Assembly (NCBI RefSeq): GCF_001194135.2
Contig: NC_068989.1
Location: forward strand, 42,278,774-42,342,773
DNA from: Octopus bimaculoides
Taxonomy: Eukaryota
Direction: 5' to 3'
Length of the DNA stretch: 64,000 nt
Under the pieces are notes generated by a model. That model had not been told where the DNA came from and searched no databases. It saw nothing but the letters and a program-made list of their open reading frames with translations. Of the stretch, positions 50,011-61,865 are shown in pieces. Each line of letters begins with the position of its first letter. Positions within the stretch are counted from its first letter, which is position 1. The translations under genes were made by a program, and so were the position numbers.

Positions 50011-50707
50011 TTAATACTTAGTTGACATGCCCTTTGCATTTTTCGATGCAAGGACCCTATTAGGCATGTTACTGATCAGATGACGAATATTCTCTGGTGG
50101 AATTTCTTGCCAAGTTTCATGCAGTAATCTCAAAAGATCTGACTTTGAAGATGCTTTCTTGTTCTTTTTATGAAATATCCTGTTCATTATGCCCCAGACA
50201 TGTTCAATAGAGTTCATATCTGGTGACTGGCTTGACCATTGAAGCTTCTTAATGCCATTCTCATCCAACAAATCTTGGGTCATGTGTGATAAGGAGCCCC
50301 ATCTTCCATAAATAGTCTTCTTTAATCATTTCCCACTGGAGAAGATCGGAAGGTGACCTTTCTGTAACATGGACACATATTTATCTGAGTTTATGTTTCC
50401 CTCACACTCCACCAGCTCTGATCAACCGTTTCTCCAAATTGCTCCCCAGACCATCACAGAATAGCTGCCGTGTTTCATTGTAAACTGCCATCTTTTCACA
50501 TAAAATTCTTGATCACATGCCCACACTCGACTACTGTCATGAAATACAGCAAATCTGGACTCATCAGAGAATATGACAGTGTCCCAAAATGCTAGTGGCC
50601 TCTCCACCATCACACTGGCCCAATCTTTTCTCCGCATGATGTTGGCTGGTCCAAGAAGTGGCTTCCTTTTTGCTGTTCTGTCATAATAACCAAGTTTGTG
50701 GAGATAC
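50011..50707 (-). mobile_element. Tc1-family (DD34E) transposase pseudogene, 5' part lost in a gap
   Basis: AKRKPLL...WDTVIFSDESRF...KHGSYSVMVWGAI...WSSQSPDMNSIEHVWG; internal stop and frameshift. Confidence 0.9.
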
Positions 50708-51538
50708 NNNNNNNNNNNNNNNNNNNNNNNNNNNNNNNNNNNNNNNNNNNNNNNNNNNNNNNNNNNNNNNNNNNNNNNNNNNNNNNNNNNNNNNNNNNNN
50801 NNNNNNNNNNNNNNNNNNNNNNNNNNNNNNNNNNNNNNNNNNNNNNNNNNNNNNNNNNNNNNNNNNNNNNNNNNNNNNNNNNNNNNNNNNNNNNNNNNNN
50901 NNNNNNNNNNNNNNNNNNNNNNNNNNNNNNNNNNNNNNNNNNNNNNNNNNNNNNNNNNNNNNNNNNNNNNNNNNNNNNNNNNNNNNNNNNNNNNNNNNNN
51001 NNNNNNNNNNNNNNNNNNNNNNNNNNNNNNNNNNNNNNNNNNNNNNNNNNNNNNNNNNNNNNNNNNNNNNNNNNNNNNNNNNNNNNNNNNNNNNNNNNNN
51101 NNNNNNNNNNNNNNNNNNNNNNNNNNNNNNNNNNNNNNNNNNNNNNNNNNNNNNNNNNNNNNNNNNNNNNNNNNNNNNNNNNNNNNNNNNNNNNNNNNNN
51201 NNNNNNNNNNNNNNNNNNNNNNNNNNNNNNNNNNNNNNNNNNNNNNNNNNNNNNNNNNNNNNNNNNNNNNNNNNNNNNNNNNNNNNNNNNNNNNNNNNNN
51301 NNNNNNNNNNNNNNNNNNNNNNNNNNNNNNNNNNNNNNNNNNNNNNNNNNNNNNNNNNNNNNNNNNNNNNNNNNNNNNNNNNNNNNNNNNNNNNNNNNNN
51401 NNNNNNNNNNNNNNNNNNNNNNNNNNNNNNNNNNNNNNNNNNNNNNNNNNNNNNNNNNNNNNNNNNNNNNNNNNNNNNNNNNNNNNNNNNNNNNNNNNNN
51501 NNNNNNNNNNNNNNNNNNNNNNNNNNNNNNNNNNNNNT

Positions 51539-52130
51539 CTACACCACGGAACCACACACTCACGACTCCGCTTGGAACAGCGGTGTATCTTTAATGTACG
51601 AACAACTATCCCCTTCGAACTAAACACAACCCCCTCCTCCTATTGACTGCCCCTACACCTCCTGCAACTAAGCAACCTTATTTTATTTTTCATTTTTTGC
51701 TTGTAATTGCGCCACTTTATATTGCATTAACTTCTTCATCTCCTTTCAACCTTATTTTTTATAATTTATTCTTTTTATTTCTATATATACACACACACAC
51801 ATACACACACATGTACACACACACATGTACACACACACATACACTCACACGCACACACACATATACCCACGCACACACGCAGATGAACCCACACATACCT
51901 CCCATACACACACACTCATACATACACGCACACAATTATACATACATGTACACACACGCACATACAAGTACACACAAGTTTAGGTACCAGAATTTAGTAT
52001 GGTATTATCTATACAGTTTCAAAATAGGGTGATTAAAATCAAAATAATCAACAAGGATATCCAGAGGTAATGCAGTACGATCGTTTCGTGCGACTCCATT
52101 TAATTGAACAATGTAAAAATTACATCAAAT
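51539..52130 (+). mobile_element. Penelope-like element 3' relic
   Basis: SRLRLEQRCIFNVRTTIPFELN resembles the GIY-YIG C-terminal RL..EQ..IF.L.T..P.GLN; the downstream block 51975-52120 recurs at 56370-56600. Confidence 0.5.
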
Positions 52131-53794
52131 ATAAAATGTAGAGCAATCTTTAGCTGCACAAAGACATAGAAATTTAGAAATTTAATGAAATTAAATTTGA
52201 ACAGAAGGATATATTTTTATAATTAAATCTAAACTCTTCAAGTAGAAAGGTGGAATACAAAAAAAAAACAAAAAACATTTTGACTTAGCCAGACCATACA
52301 GGCTAGTAAATAAACATTCTAAGCAGATTTTAACTGTCACTGATTTTATTTGGGCTTATTTTGTGCTGATTTATGGACTATCTTATCAGACCTAAGGATC
52401 CAAGGCTTAAGAGAACAATGGCAATTTCTTTTTAGGGTAAGGGGTAAACAGTATAGACAGTAAACATGGATGATAAAGTTACAAAATTTCTTAGGGTTTG
52501 GTGACAAACTACTATAGGGGCGGGGTTCTACTAGCAGACTAGTTTATAATGAAACAGGGAAAGTCTAATCATATAGCACAAAGTTGCTATATTGTATACA
52601 GATACAATAAATAGTTATTCATAGTTTTCATTAATAAGAATAATATATCAGTATTGTTTTACATATGCTAGGTTTGAAATACTTGAGATACCAATATTTG
52701 CTTAATTAATATGTGAATAAATAAAAGCTAATTATGAATTAGATAATGAAATAAAATGAAATAGTGTATAATAATGTAAATAATCAATTAAGGCAGTATA
52801 CAAAAACAATGAAGGGGCATTAATTTAAAATGCTATGGTAAAGTACATTTAGACTTATTTACACCAATATAAAAGACCCCTAGATAAGATGTGAAATTAA
52901 AATTTATGTATATCTTGGACTAAAATTTTAAAATTAAACATGTATATCTAATATCATTAAAAGGACACATAAAAAACAAATTTATTATACAGTTAATATA
53001 AAGAATTGATACATTGGATTTACATGGTATATAATGATGGACTCATATATATATATACATACGTGTGTCTGTCTGTCTGTGTTTTTGTGTTTGTCCCACA
53101 ACACTGCTTGACAACCCACATTGGTTTGTTTACGTCCCTATAACCAAGCCGTTCGGCAAAAAGACACCGATAGAACAAATATCAGGTTTAAAAAAATAAG
53201 TACCGAAGTCGATTCATTAGACGAAAAGTTCTTCAAGACGGTGTTCCAGCATGTCCGCAGTCTAATGACTGAAATAGATAAAAGATAAAGATGGAAAGCG
53301 TTTGAAGGCGGGTTTTGCCATTTAGTTAGGAGAAGACAGTACCTAAGATTCTCTTGAGGACATCTGAAAGGAATGTGAATAAAGAAAGTATCCTCAAACC
53401 AGAAACTCCACTCCGCTAAAATCTCCGGAAGTGTCGGTTGGAGGTGATAATCGCAGTGTCGAATTAAATCTCTCATTCAAGTAGGCTACGGTAAGTTTTG
53501 AACTCAAAACGCAAAGAGCTAGAATAAGCACTCGTTCCATCCATGCCCTGATGATTCCGCCAAAATAGACCAGCTTCAATAAATGCTGGAAACTAAATAA
53601 ACAGGAAGTTTGTTTGTGGAGTCAGACACAGCTTTGTGGTTGAGAAGTTCGCAACACAACCACTTGGAGCAGGGTTCGATTCTACTGCACGCCACCTTGG
53701 ACATGCCTTTCAGTATTCTCGCATCGATCTTATGAATAGAATTCTGGTAAGCAGAAGCTGTACGGAAGCCCGTCTCTTTCTCGTTCTCTCTCCC

Positions 53795-54090
53795 TCCTCT
53801 CTCTCTCTCTCTCTTTTTCTCTCTCTCTCTTTTTCTCTCTCCCTCCTCTCTCTCTCCTTTTCTCTCTCCTTTTCTCTCTCCTTTTCTCTCTCCTTTTCTC
53901 TCTCCTTTTCTCTCTCCCTCCTCTCTCTCTCCTTTTCTCTCTCCCTCCTCTCTCTCTCCTTTTCTCTCTCCCTCCTTTTCTCTCTCCCTCCTCTCTCTCC
54001 TCTCTCGCTCCCCCTCTCTCTCTCAATATATATATATATAATATAATATATAATATAATATTATATATATATTATATATATATATATATA
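53795..54090. repeat. Compound (CT)-rich then (TA)-rich simple repeat
   Basis: Directly visible; contains tandem ccttttctctctct units. Confidence 0.95.
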
Positions 54091-55056
54091 AGTAAATGTA
54101 GGGATATACAAGTTAGACAGATCAATATATAAAGTATGTTAAATGCATGAAATACTAAAAAAATGTATATATGCATACATACAAAAATCTCCGACTTACA
54201 TAGAATACAAATGATTTAGGAAATTAAAGGGGTTGAAGAAAAGTATTACAAATCCAACAGCTGTTTCTGGGGGCTCGGAAGTCCAAAATAATGTCTGTAA
54301 ATTGATTCCATCGTAGGATGAGACGATCCTCCGTATTCAAGGAAAAAATCTTACATTTGAGATGTTAAAGGGAAGAAGTTATTTGAGGTGTTTTATATAT
54401 TGATCTGTCAAACTTGCTTATCCCTACATTTACCTCTATACCTACTCGAGTTTAAATCTCTTGAGCACTATTAAGTGTATTCTATACGGAGACTATCTGA
54501 TTCTCATCTACGAACAATACACACACGCGCGCGCGCGCGCGATGACAGACTTTCACACCTGTTACGCCCATGAACACTCACTCACAAGGCATTGATCTGT
54601 CCGGGACTATAGTAGAAGACACTTGCCTAAAGTGTCACGCACAGTCTCGGATATATTAAGATATTTAAAAGTTAAACTCAAGAGGGTTGGTCTTAAAATT
54701 TGGCGGCTGATCTTTTTGCCGTTTTGGCAGTGATTTAAAGATTCTCTACAATGCCTTAGAGTTTGCTAGTCCAGACAAATTGGACAGTGTGGGCAATGAA
54801 GAAGGACTCTTCACAATTATCTCTAGCTGGTCTCCTTTGCAGTTGTATAATTTGCATATTATATATAATTCTTTCATGTTCTTCCAGCAGCTGTGTTTCT
54901 CTCCGTGCAGTGTCTCTGTATCGCGCCTGCTCTAAGTATATAAATGTCGCAGAATATCACACATACGCACAATGTGTATGTTTGATTAAGCATGTATGAA
55001 GCGATTCACATGAGATCCTGTTTTCTCCTCTTTCTACGTTAATACTCCTATATATA

Positions 55057-56343
55057 CGAGGTGTGCTCAAAAGGTATCCTATCTGTGGCCAAAACACAAG
55101 TAATATTTTTTAAAATCCCCATTTTGATTTAGTTTCCTTCAAAGTATTCGCTTTGGGAATCCATACACTTCTGCCAGCATTCCAGTCCCTGCTGGAAACA
55201 TTTCTGGAAATCACTTTTTGGGATGTTGGAGAGCTGTACCATTGGATTTTGCTTAATATCCTCTGTTGACTCAAACCTTCTCTCGTTGAGTGTCTTTTTT
55301 TAGCTTTGGGAATAGCCAAAAGACACACGAAGCCAGCTCTGGAGAGTAGGAAGCCTGACGAACAAGTGGTGTGCTTTGCTTAACGAGGAATGCTTAGAAG
55401 AAGTGGTCGGAATAAGCGTATGTGTTATGGTGGAGTTGTCAGTTCTTTGCTGCCTACAGGTCGGGTCGTCTTCACCGCACAGCTTCACGAAGGCGACAAA
55501 GAACCGCCAGCTAATATTCTTTGTTCGTTGTCTGACCTTATGGTACATATTCATGGTGCACAACACCTCTGTAGTAAAAAAAAAAACCTCATCATCAGGT
55601 CATCAACATTACTGCGTACTTGTCTTGCTTTCTTTGGTCTTAGCAAGGATGGATGTTTCCATTGGGATGATTGCAATTTTGTTTCAGGATCATAACCGTA
55701 CACCCATGTCTCATCGCTAGTGATGATAGCGTTCATGAAGTTTTGACCTTGGCTAGCACAGTCCAGCATGTCCTAAGAGATTTCCTTTCTGTTTTCTTTC
55801 TACTGGTCAGACAGCATCTTTGGTACGAATTTTGCCGACACCCTCCTCATGCACAAATCTTCTGTTATAATTGACTGAAGTGACCCATTGCTGATTCTAG
55901 CTTCGGCAACAATTTCCTCAATAGTCACACGACCGTCTTCATAGACTATTCTTCGAACTTTGCAATCATTTCATCGTTTCTGCTAGTCGATAGCCTGCCA
56001 TAACGTGGCTCACTGTCTACTGAGATGCGGCCATCTTTGAACCAGTTGTACCACTCCTTTATTTTCGTCTTTCCTGTATAGTCTTGGCTTGCGTAACACC
56101 AAGTTTTTTGGAAGAATTTGGTACAGTATCTTTGCTCAATGTACTCGAAAAATCGCACCCCACACTCTTCACGTCTGTACTCAACGCGTCCATGTGGGCG
56201 AATTGCGCAACCTACAGACACGAAAATTTTTGCACATACTCAGGAAGGACGCAGCTACCTAATACTCATGCGTATTTTGCTCACGCATTATTATTTTGTG
56301 CAAAAAAAAAAATCAAGGTCGGATACTTTTTGACTTCACCTCG
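55057..56343 (-). mobile_element. Near full-length degenerate mariner (DD34D) element, 1287 bp
   Basis: TIRs CGAGGTGTGCTCAAAAGGTATCC / CGAGGTGAAGTCAAAAAGTATCC; TA at left, TG at right; EQRYCTKF...WFKDGRISVDSEPR...ITSDETWVYGYDPETK...YSPELA; multiple stops and frameshifts. Confidence 0.92.
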
Positions 56344-56634
56344 TGTATATATANNNNNNNNNNTATATAAAATCAAAATAAGCAACAAGGATATTCAGAG
56401 GTAATGCAGTACGATCGTTTCATGCAACTCCATTTAATTGAACAATGCAATCATTGGAGTTGCACGAAACGATCGTACTGCATTACCTCTGGATATCCTT
56501 GTTGCTTATTTTGATTTCAATCACCTTACTTTGAAATTGTATGGATAATTCCGTATTAAATTCTGGTACCTCAACTTAAGTACCATATTCATCTGAATCT
56601 AAATTTTTGCTGAACTAATCTACCATACCCAAAG

Positions 56635-56667
<33 letters not shown>

Positions 56668-56748
56668 CAGCTATTTCAGTATAATGTCATCTCCTTCAAA
56701 TGAAAACGTGACCAGCATCTTACGTATGAAGATATTATAGTATTAATA

Positions 56749-57457
56749 TCTATTATATAAAAATCAATGTCTGTGAGTTCGTGTATTACTTATAGACTCG
56801 AAAACTATTGGACCGATCCTAATGAAATTTGGAACACAAAATCCAAGCCTGGGGAGAAGGGTAATTTGTATGTTTCTTACAATTTTGAGGGGGCATAAAG
56901 GAGGACAGAACCCTCCGTGAAAATTCATATGCTTCGGAGTTTGATGAAAGTTGAACCATAGGTATTAGAAATAAATTTAAAAAATACCCCAAATTTCCAT
57001 TTCTTTGGATGATTCTAAGACCCCCAAATTTTAGTCATTTTTCATGGACCAAAATTACTGAATGGATCCCATAGGTAATTGACACAAATCAAGACGTATT
57101 CCCAAAGTTTCCGCTTCTCATGAGGATTCTAAGACCCCCCCCCCCTAATAGGAGCCTTAACTCCCACATTTTAGAGCTCCATGTGCTCTATTTTTCAGGA
57201 GCAAAAACCTTTGAATGGGTTTTATAAGATTTAGATTTTGGAATCTGGGCATAATGATGAGTAGTGAAGAATAAATATGTCATGATTAGAATTTTTGTTA
57301 GGGTGTGTAAAGAGGGAAAGAACCCCCATTAAAATTCTTAACCTCCAGTTTTGATGAAATTCGTATCATAAATATTTTAGTTCATTAGAGAAAATATGAA
57401 AAAAATGTCTAATTCTTCAATTCATGTGACACGGGCAACGCCGGGTATCTTTGCTAG
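56749..57457 (+). mobile_element. Non-autonomous Helitron, 709 bp
   Basis: A|TCTATTATATAAAA 5' end; 3' GC-rich CGGGCAACGCCGGG motif followed by CTAG|T; inserted between A and T with no TSD. Confidence 0.85.
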
Positions 57458-58043
57458 TGATTCTTAATGCTATGTTTCGAATAACATTTTGAATATTCAG
57501 TCTTGGAGAAGAAATATTTAAAAACAAATCTAGACTATTCATCAATATCTGATACTAATGCTTACGGCTGATGGGCAGACAGTGAGTACTAGTGTCAACT
57601 AGTTCATTAATATAACTGTTATAATACAATGTATTACTTCGTTTACTACTGGTTTTATTGAGTCAACTTAAGCTATATATTGAAATATTAAAGTGAAACT
57701 TTGCTTAGTTGGTCATTAACTACAGTTAATTAAATCTTTATTGATTGAAGTGTTACAGCTGGTTATGAGTCTTGCTGTTAGTTGAGAATAGTATTATTAG
57801 ATGTGATTATACATCTCTGCATGTGTTTCTGTTATATATTGATTGTAACTGTACAAGGTTACTTGTATATAAGTGTATGTGTGTGCGTACGAGTGTTAAT
57901 GTTCTAAGTGCATTGAGGGTGATGTATATTGCGCGTGTATGTCTGTAAGAGTGTGAAGATATGTATTGGTAGTGATGATGGTGGTGGTGGTGGCAATGTG
58001 TGTGTGTGTGTGTGTATGGTGGTAGGATAAATGTTAGTGATTA

Positions 58044-59604
58044 TGCAGGGTATTCGGGCTAAATTTGACAATATTTTATTTTCTCTTTTTTTCAGGAACA
58101 GCTTGATGTATTTGGTGAACAATCAACGGCGTTGGAGAGCATCACATTCAAAGTTGAAGTTGAGAAAAAGTTAGCTGAGATGGAGAATTGGAAGCCATCT
58201 GAATATTGGAAAAGAATTACCCGTACCATGATGATTCGCGCCGGGTGTCAAAATGCCGACGTCTTGACTGCTACTCAATGCTCTGTCAACACCGTAACGG
58301 CTGTAAGATGTGACATGGACAGCGGCAACGGAGACTACAAAACCGTGACAAACAGGAGGGGGCACAACAGGCATTCTGACTGCGTCCTCTTGCCTGAATT
58401 CATCCCAACACTCTTGAAGAGGATCTAAGGCTCAATTCAGACGACTATGTGAAGCTACCAGAGACTGTGGTCAAACCCTGACTGGAGGAAGTTGTTGCTG
58501 GAAGGCCAGGCTATATGTGTGGCAGCAGGATTTGGCGTCCTTTACCATACCCTAAGAAAGAGTCAGTAGTCGTTGTCGGAGAATTTCTGCAACTTCACCA
58601 GCCCCAATTTCTGGCTCCCTAATCCCCACGCCCGATTGTAATCCCATGGTTTACTATGTGTAGGGCGTGGTAAAAAAGAGACCAACCACTTTGAATGCAA
58701 CACTAAGGCCCGAGCTGGTAGCCAAGTTCAATGAAGTGTTCGACGTTACTCCCAGGGACACAGTGAGGAACGCACGTGCCAGGTTTCAGAACCATCACGC
58801 GGCTTTAGAGAAAGTTGAAGGCAGCTACTTCAGTAAACTGTTATCTCCCAGTCATAATGTACGAGAGGAAGTAAAAAATTATCCTCACGTTCGCTATTCC
58901 ATATCCTTATTATTGTCACACTGCCTTCTGCGCATGTATGCCTATAGTTGGTACTATTGTGGTCACGTGATCGAAGTTTGAGCCTGATCGTACCAATTTT
59001 CTTTCTGGCTTTACAGTGTAAGCATGGCCGCTCCAAAGAACAAAGAGCAGTGATCCGAGAGATGGTAATAGTGAATCGGTTCACCATTGCCATCTCTCGA
59101 ATTTTCTGAATATTCTCGTCAGTGGTGGAAGTTCACGGGTGTCCTGCTCCCACATCGTGCGTCACGCTTGTCTGGCTACTTTTAAACTTCTCGATTCACT
59201 CATACACACTTCTACACGATAGTGCCTTGTCCCCGTATTGTGCTAAAAGCCTCCGATGAATTTCAGCACCTTCCTACCAAAGAAATCAGATCACTGCTCT
59301 TTGTTCTTCTTTGGTGCACATTGCTAGTGGAGCAGCCATTCTTACACTGTAAAAATCCAGAAAGACAAATGGCGTGATCAGGTTCAAATTTCGAGCACGT
59401 GACCACAGTAGTACCAACTATAAGCATACATGCGCAGAATGCAGTGTGACAATAAAGATATGTTATAGCGAAAGTGCGGATAATTTTTTACTTCCCCTTG
59501 TAGTTGATATTTTTTTGATTTTTTAAAAATACTTTTTCTGGTTAGGATTATGCATTTCTTTTTCCCTCTGAGCAAACTGTCAAATTTAGTCAGCACACCC
59601 AGCA
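58044..59604 (+). mobile_element. Internally deleted DD37D/maT-like Tc1-mariner element containing a nested insertion
   Basis: TA-flanked TIRs TGCAGGGTATTCGGGCTAAATTTGACA / TGCTGGGTGTGCTGACTAAATTTGACA; transposase remnants MENWKPSEYWKR..., WQQDL..., PDCNPM.YYV*G. Confidence 0.75.
58862..59500. mobile_element. Non-autonomous mariner derivative with ~170-200 bp inverted ends, nested in the maT element
   Basis: TA|CGAGAGGAAGTAAAAAATTATCC ... GGATAATTTTTTACTTCCCCTTG|TA; both arms run into the transposase start MAAP...(KE)EQRAVI. Confidence 0.82.
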
Positions 59605-60154
59605 TATGTGTGTGTATGNNNNNNNNNNNNNNNNNNNNNNNNNNNNNNNNNNNNNNNNNNNNNNNNNNNNNNNNNNNNNNNNNNNNNNNNNNNNNNNNNN
59701 NNNNNNNNNNNNNNNNNNNNNNNNNNNNNNNNNNNNNNNNNNNNNNNNNNNNNNNNNNNNNNNNNNNNNNNNNNNNNNNNNNNNNNNNNNNNNNNNNNNN
59801 NNNNNNNNNNNNNNNNNNNNNNNNNTACTCTGAAAGTAAATATAATTACAGCCATTGCGTGTGTATGTGTATATGTGTGTATATGTATTTTTGTGTGTGT
59901 GTGTGTGTGTGTGTGCGTGTGTGTGCGCATGACTTTATAGAGGCTGGTGCTGGTGCTGGTCGGCACGGTTTATATTGTTATAAAATCGATAAAAATCTTA
60001 CAATGAACTAGCTGTGAGAAGTGGAAAAGCCAAAATTTCGGACAGTCTTTTTTCAGGGTAAAGTTGACAAGAATGAAATTAATTAAAAACAGCAAATTTA
60101 TGTACACGCGCGCACACATACGCACACTCAGACATGCAGATACACACATAAATG

Positions 60155-61295
60155 AAGTGGGGGGCTGAAAGGTTCATAGGCTAACCATAAAGGTGGTGCT
60201 GGAGCTGTGAAATCTTGCATGCATTAATTTCAACTCTTATTAATAACTGCATTGTTTTGTTTTCCACGTAAACTGAGGTGTGGCTATTCAAAGAAGACTT
60301 CAAAAGTAACTAGTAGCAACTTCTCTTGAAAATCGACGAAATTTGGCATCGTGGTGTTCTCAAGTACCTGCAGAAAAATTGTTTAGCCCCCAAGGACATT
60401 CATGATGCCATGGTTGCTACATTAGGAGATGATGCTCCAGTTTTATCAACGGTGCAAAAGTGAGTAGCTGAATAGACAAGAGGAAGGGATAGTTTTGAAA
60501 TGAGTCAACTGGACGTCCTACAACTGCCACCACCGAAGAAAACACCAAAGAAACCACATGTTGATAGATGATTAGCGATTAGCTATTCATCAAATAGCCA
60601 ATTCTATTAGCTTATTCAGTGCGTGGGTTGAGAATATTCTGCACAATGAACTTGGCATGACGAAAGTTTCTGCTCGGTGGGTTCCACATGTTCTGACACC
60701 TGATCAAAAATGCACCAAGCTGATCACATGATGGGAAAATCTGATATGGTTTCAAGCAGATCCTGCTGGTTTCCTTGAACGTTTCCTAACCCTGATGGAG
60801 TTTTCGGTTCATCATTTTGAGCCAGAGACAAAAAGATAATCCATGCAGTTGAAACACCCCTCTGCACCTGCTCCAAAGAAGGACAAGGAAGGTGGTGCAA
60901 AAGGTATTATGTTTATTGACTATATCTTGAAAAGGGCCACACAATCAACGGAGAGGATTATGCCAACATGCTGAGGCAGTTACGATAGGCTATGAAGACC
61001 AAGCGTTCAGGAAAACTGACGAAAGGGTTTTCGTTTCATCACACAAATCCTTCTTTTCAATGACTGCTGTGTGTGATTGTGTCTTTGAGTTGACTGATCA
61101 ACCTCCCTATTCTCCTGATTTGGCCCAATCTGTCTGACTATCATCTGTTCCCTAGCATGAGATAACACTTGGCTGGGTACCAGTATCGCAGTGATGATGA
61201 CGTCATATCTGTTGTTGATGACTGTTTTGACGAACTGGATGAAAGCTTCTTCACCAATGGGATCCAAGCACTGCACCAGCGATAGAAGAAGTGTG
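60155..61295 (+). mobile_element. Degenerate mariner (Hsmar1/SETMAR-like) element, right end missing
   Basis: Left TIR-like GGGGGCTGAAAGGTTCATAGGCT; HRGVLKYLQK...DIHDAMVATLGDDAP...KGHTINGEDYANMLRQLR...SDYHLFP...YRSDDDVISVV; many stops. Confidence 0.82.
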
Positions 61296-61697
61296 TTTTT
61301 CTGCACATTGTTGAAAAAGTGTCTATTCTCTACGCAGCCACTGTGTTTTCTGCTCCAAGGTCACCAGTTTGTCGATGATTGATGCAGGAACTACTTTTGT
61401 CCATGAGAAAAAGCAAGACTAAGCTTGTGAACATAGAATTGGATGAGCGTTGACTTTAATGAGTGCATCCGTCCTTTGAGAGATTTTGTTTTTCATCCTG
61501 CAGGGTGTTCCCTCACCTCCTCACTAAGCAAGCTTAGTGGAGTTACTAGTTTAGTCGCCGACGATGCGAACATGCGGCAGGTTGCATTTTATTACATATT
61601 ACCAGTAACGCTCTAAAACGACCTGACATAAATACATACATCCCTACATCCATCCATCCATCCATCCATCCATACATGCATACATACATACATACTA

Positions 61698-61865
61698 CCC
61701 GTGATTGTTGGCGCATTGGGATATGTAACGAATTGCTTCAACAAAAACCTGGAAAAATTAGGGTTCTCAAAACCTGAAAGAAAAAGGCAGATTAGAAGAC
61801 TACATATTTAAGCCATCAATGGAACTGTAAAGATATGTAAAACTTTCCAAACATTTAGCACATAA
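61698..61865 (+). mobile_element. 3' end of an RLE-class non-LTR retrotransposon, copy 2
   Basis: Translates PVIVGALGYVTNCFNKNLEKLGFSKPERKRQIRRLHI*AINGTVKICKTFQTFST*; homologous to copy 1; preceded by (CATC)n(CATA)n. Confidence 0.68.

Noticed and set aside
60155-61295. SETMAR / histone-lysine methyltransferase gene call
   Set aside because: It is only a decayed mariner transposase, with no SET domain and many stops.
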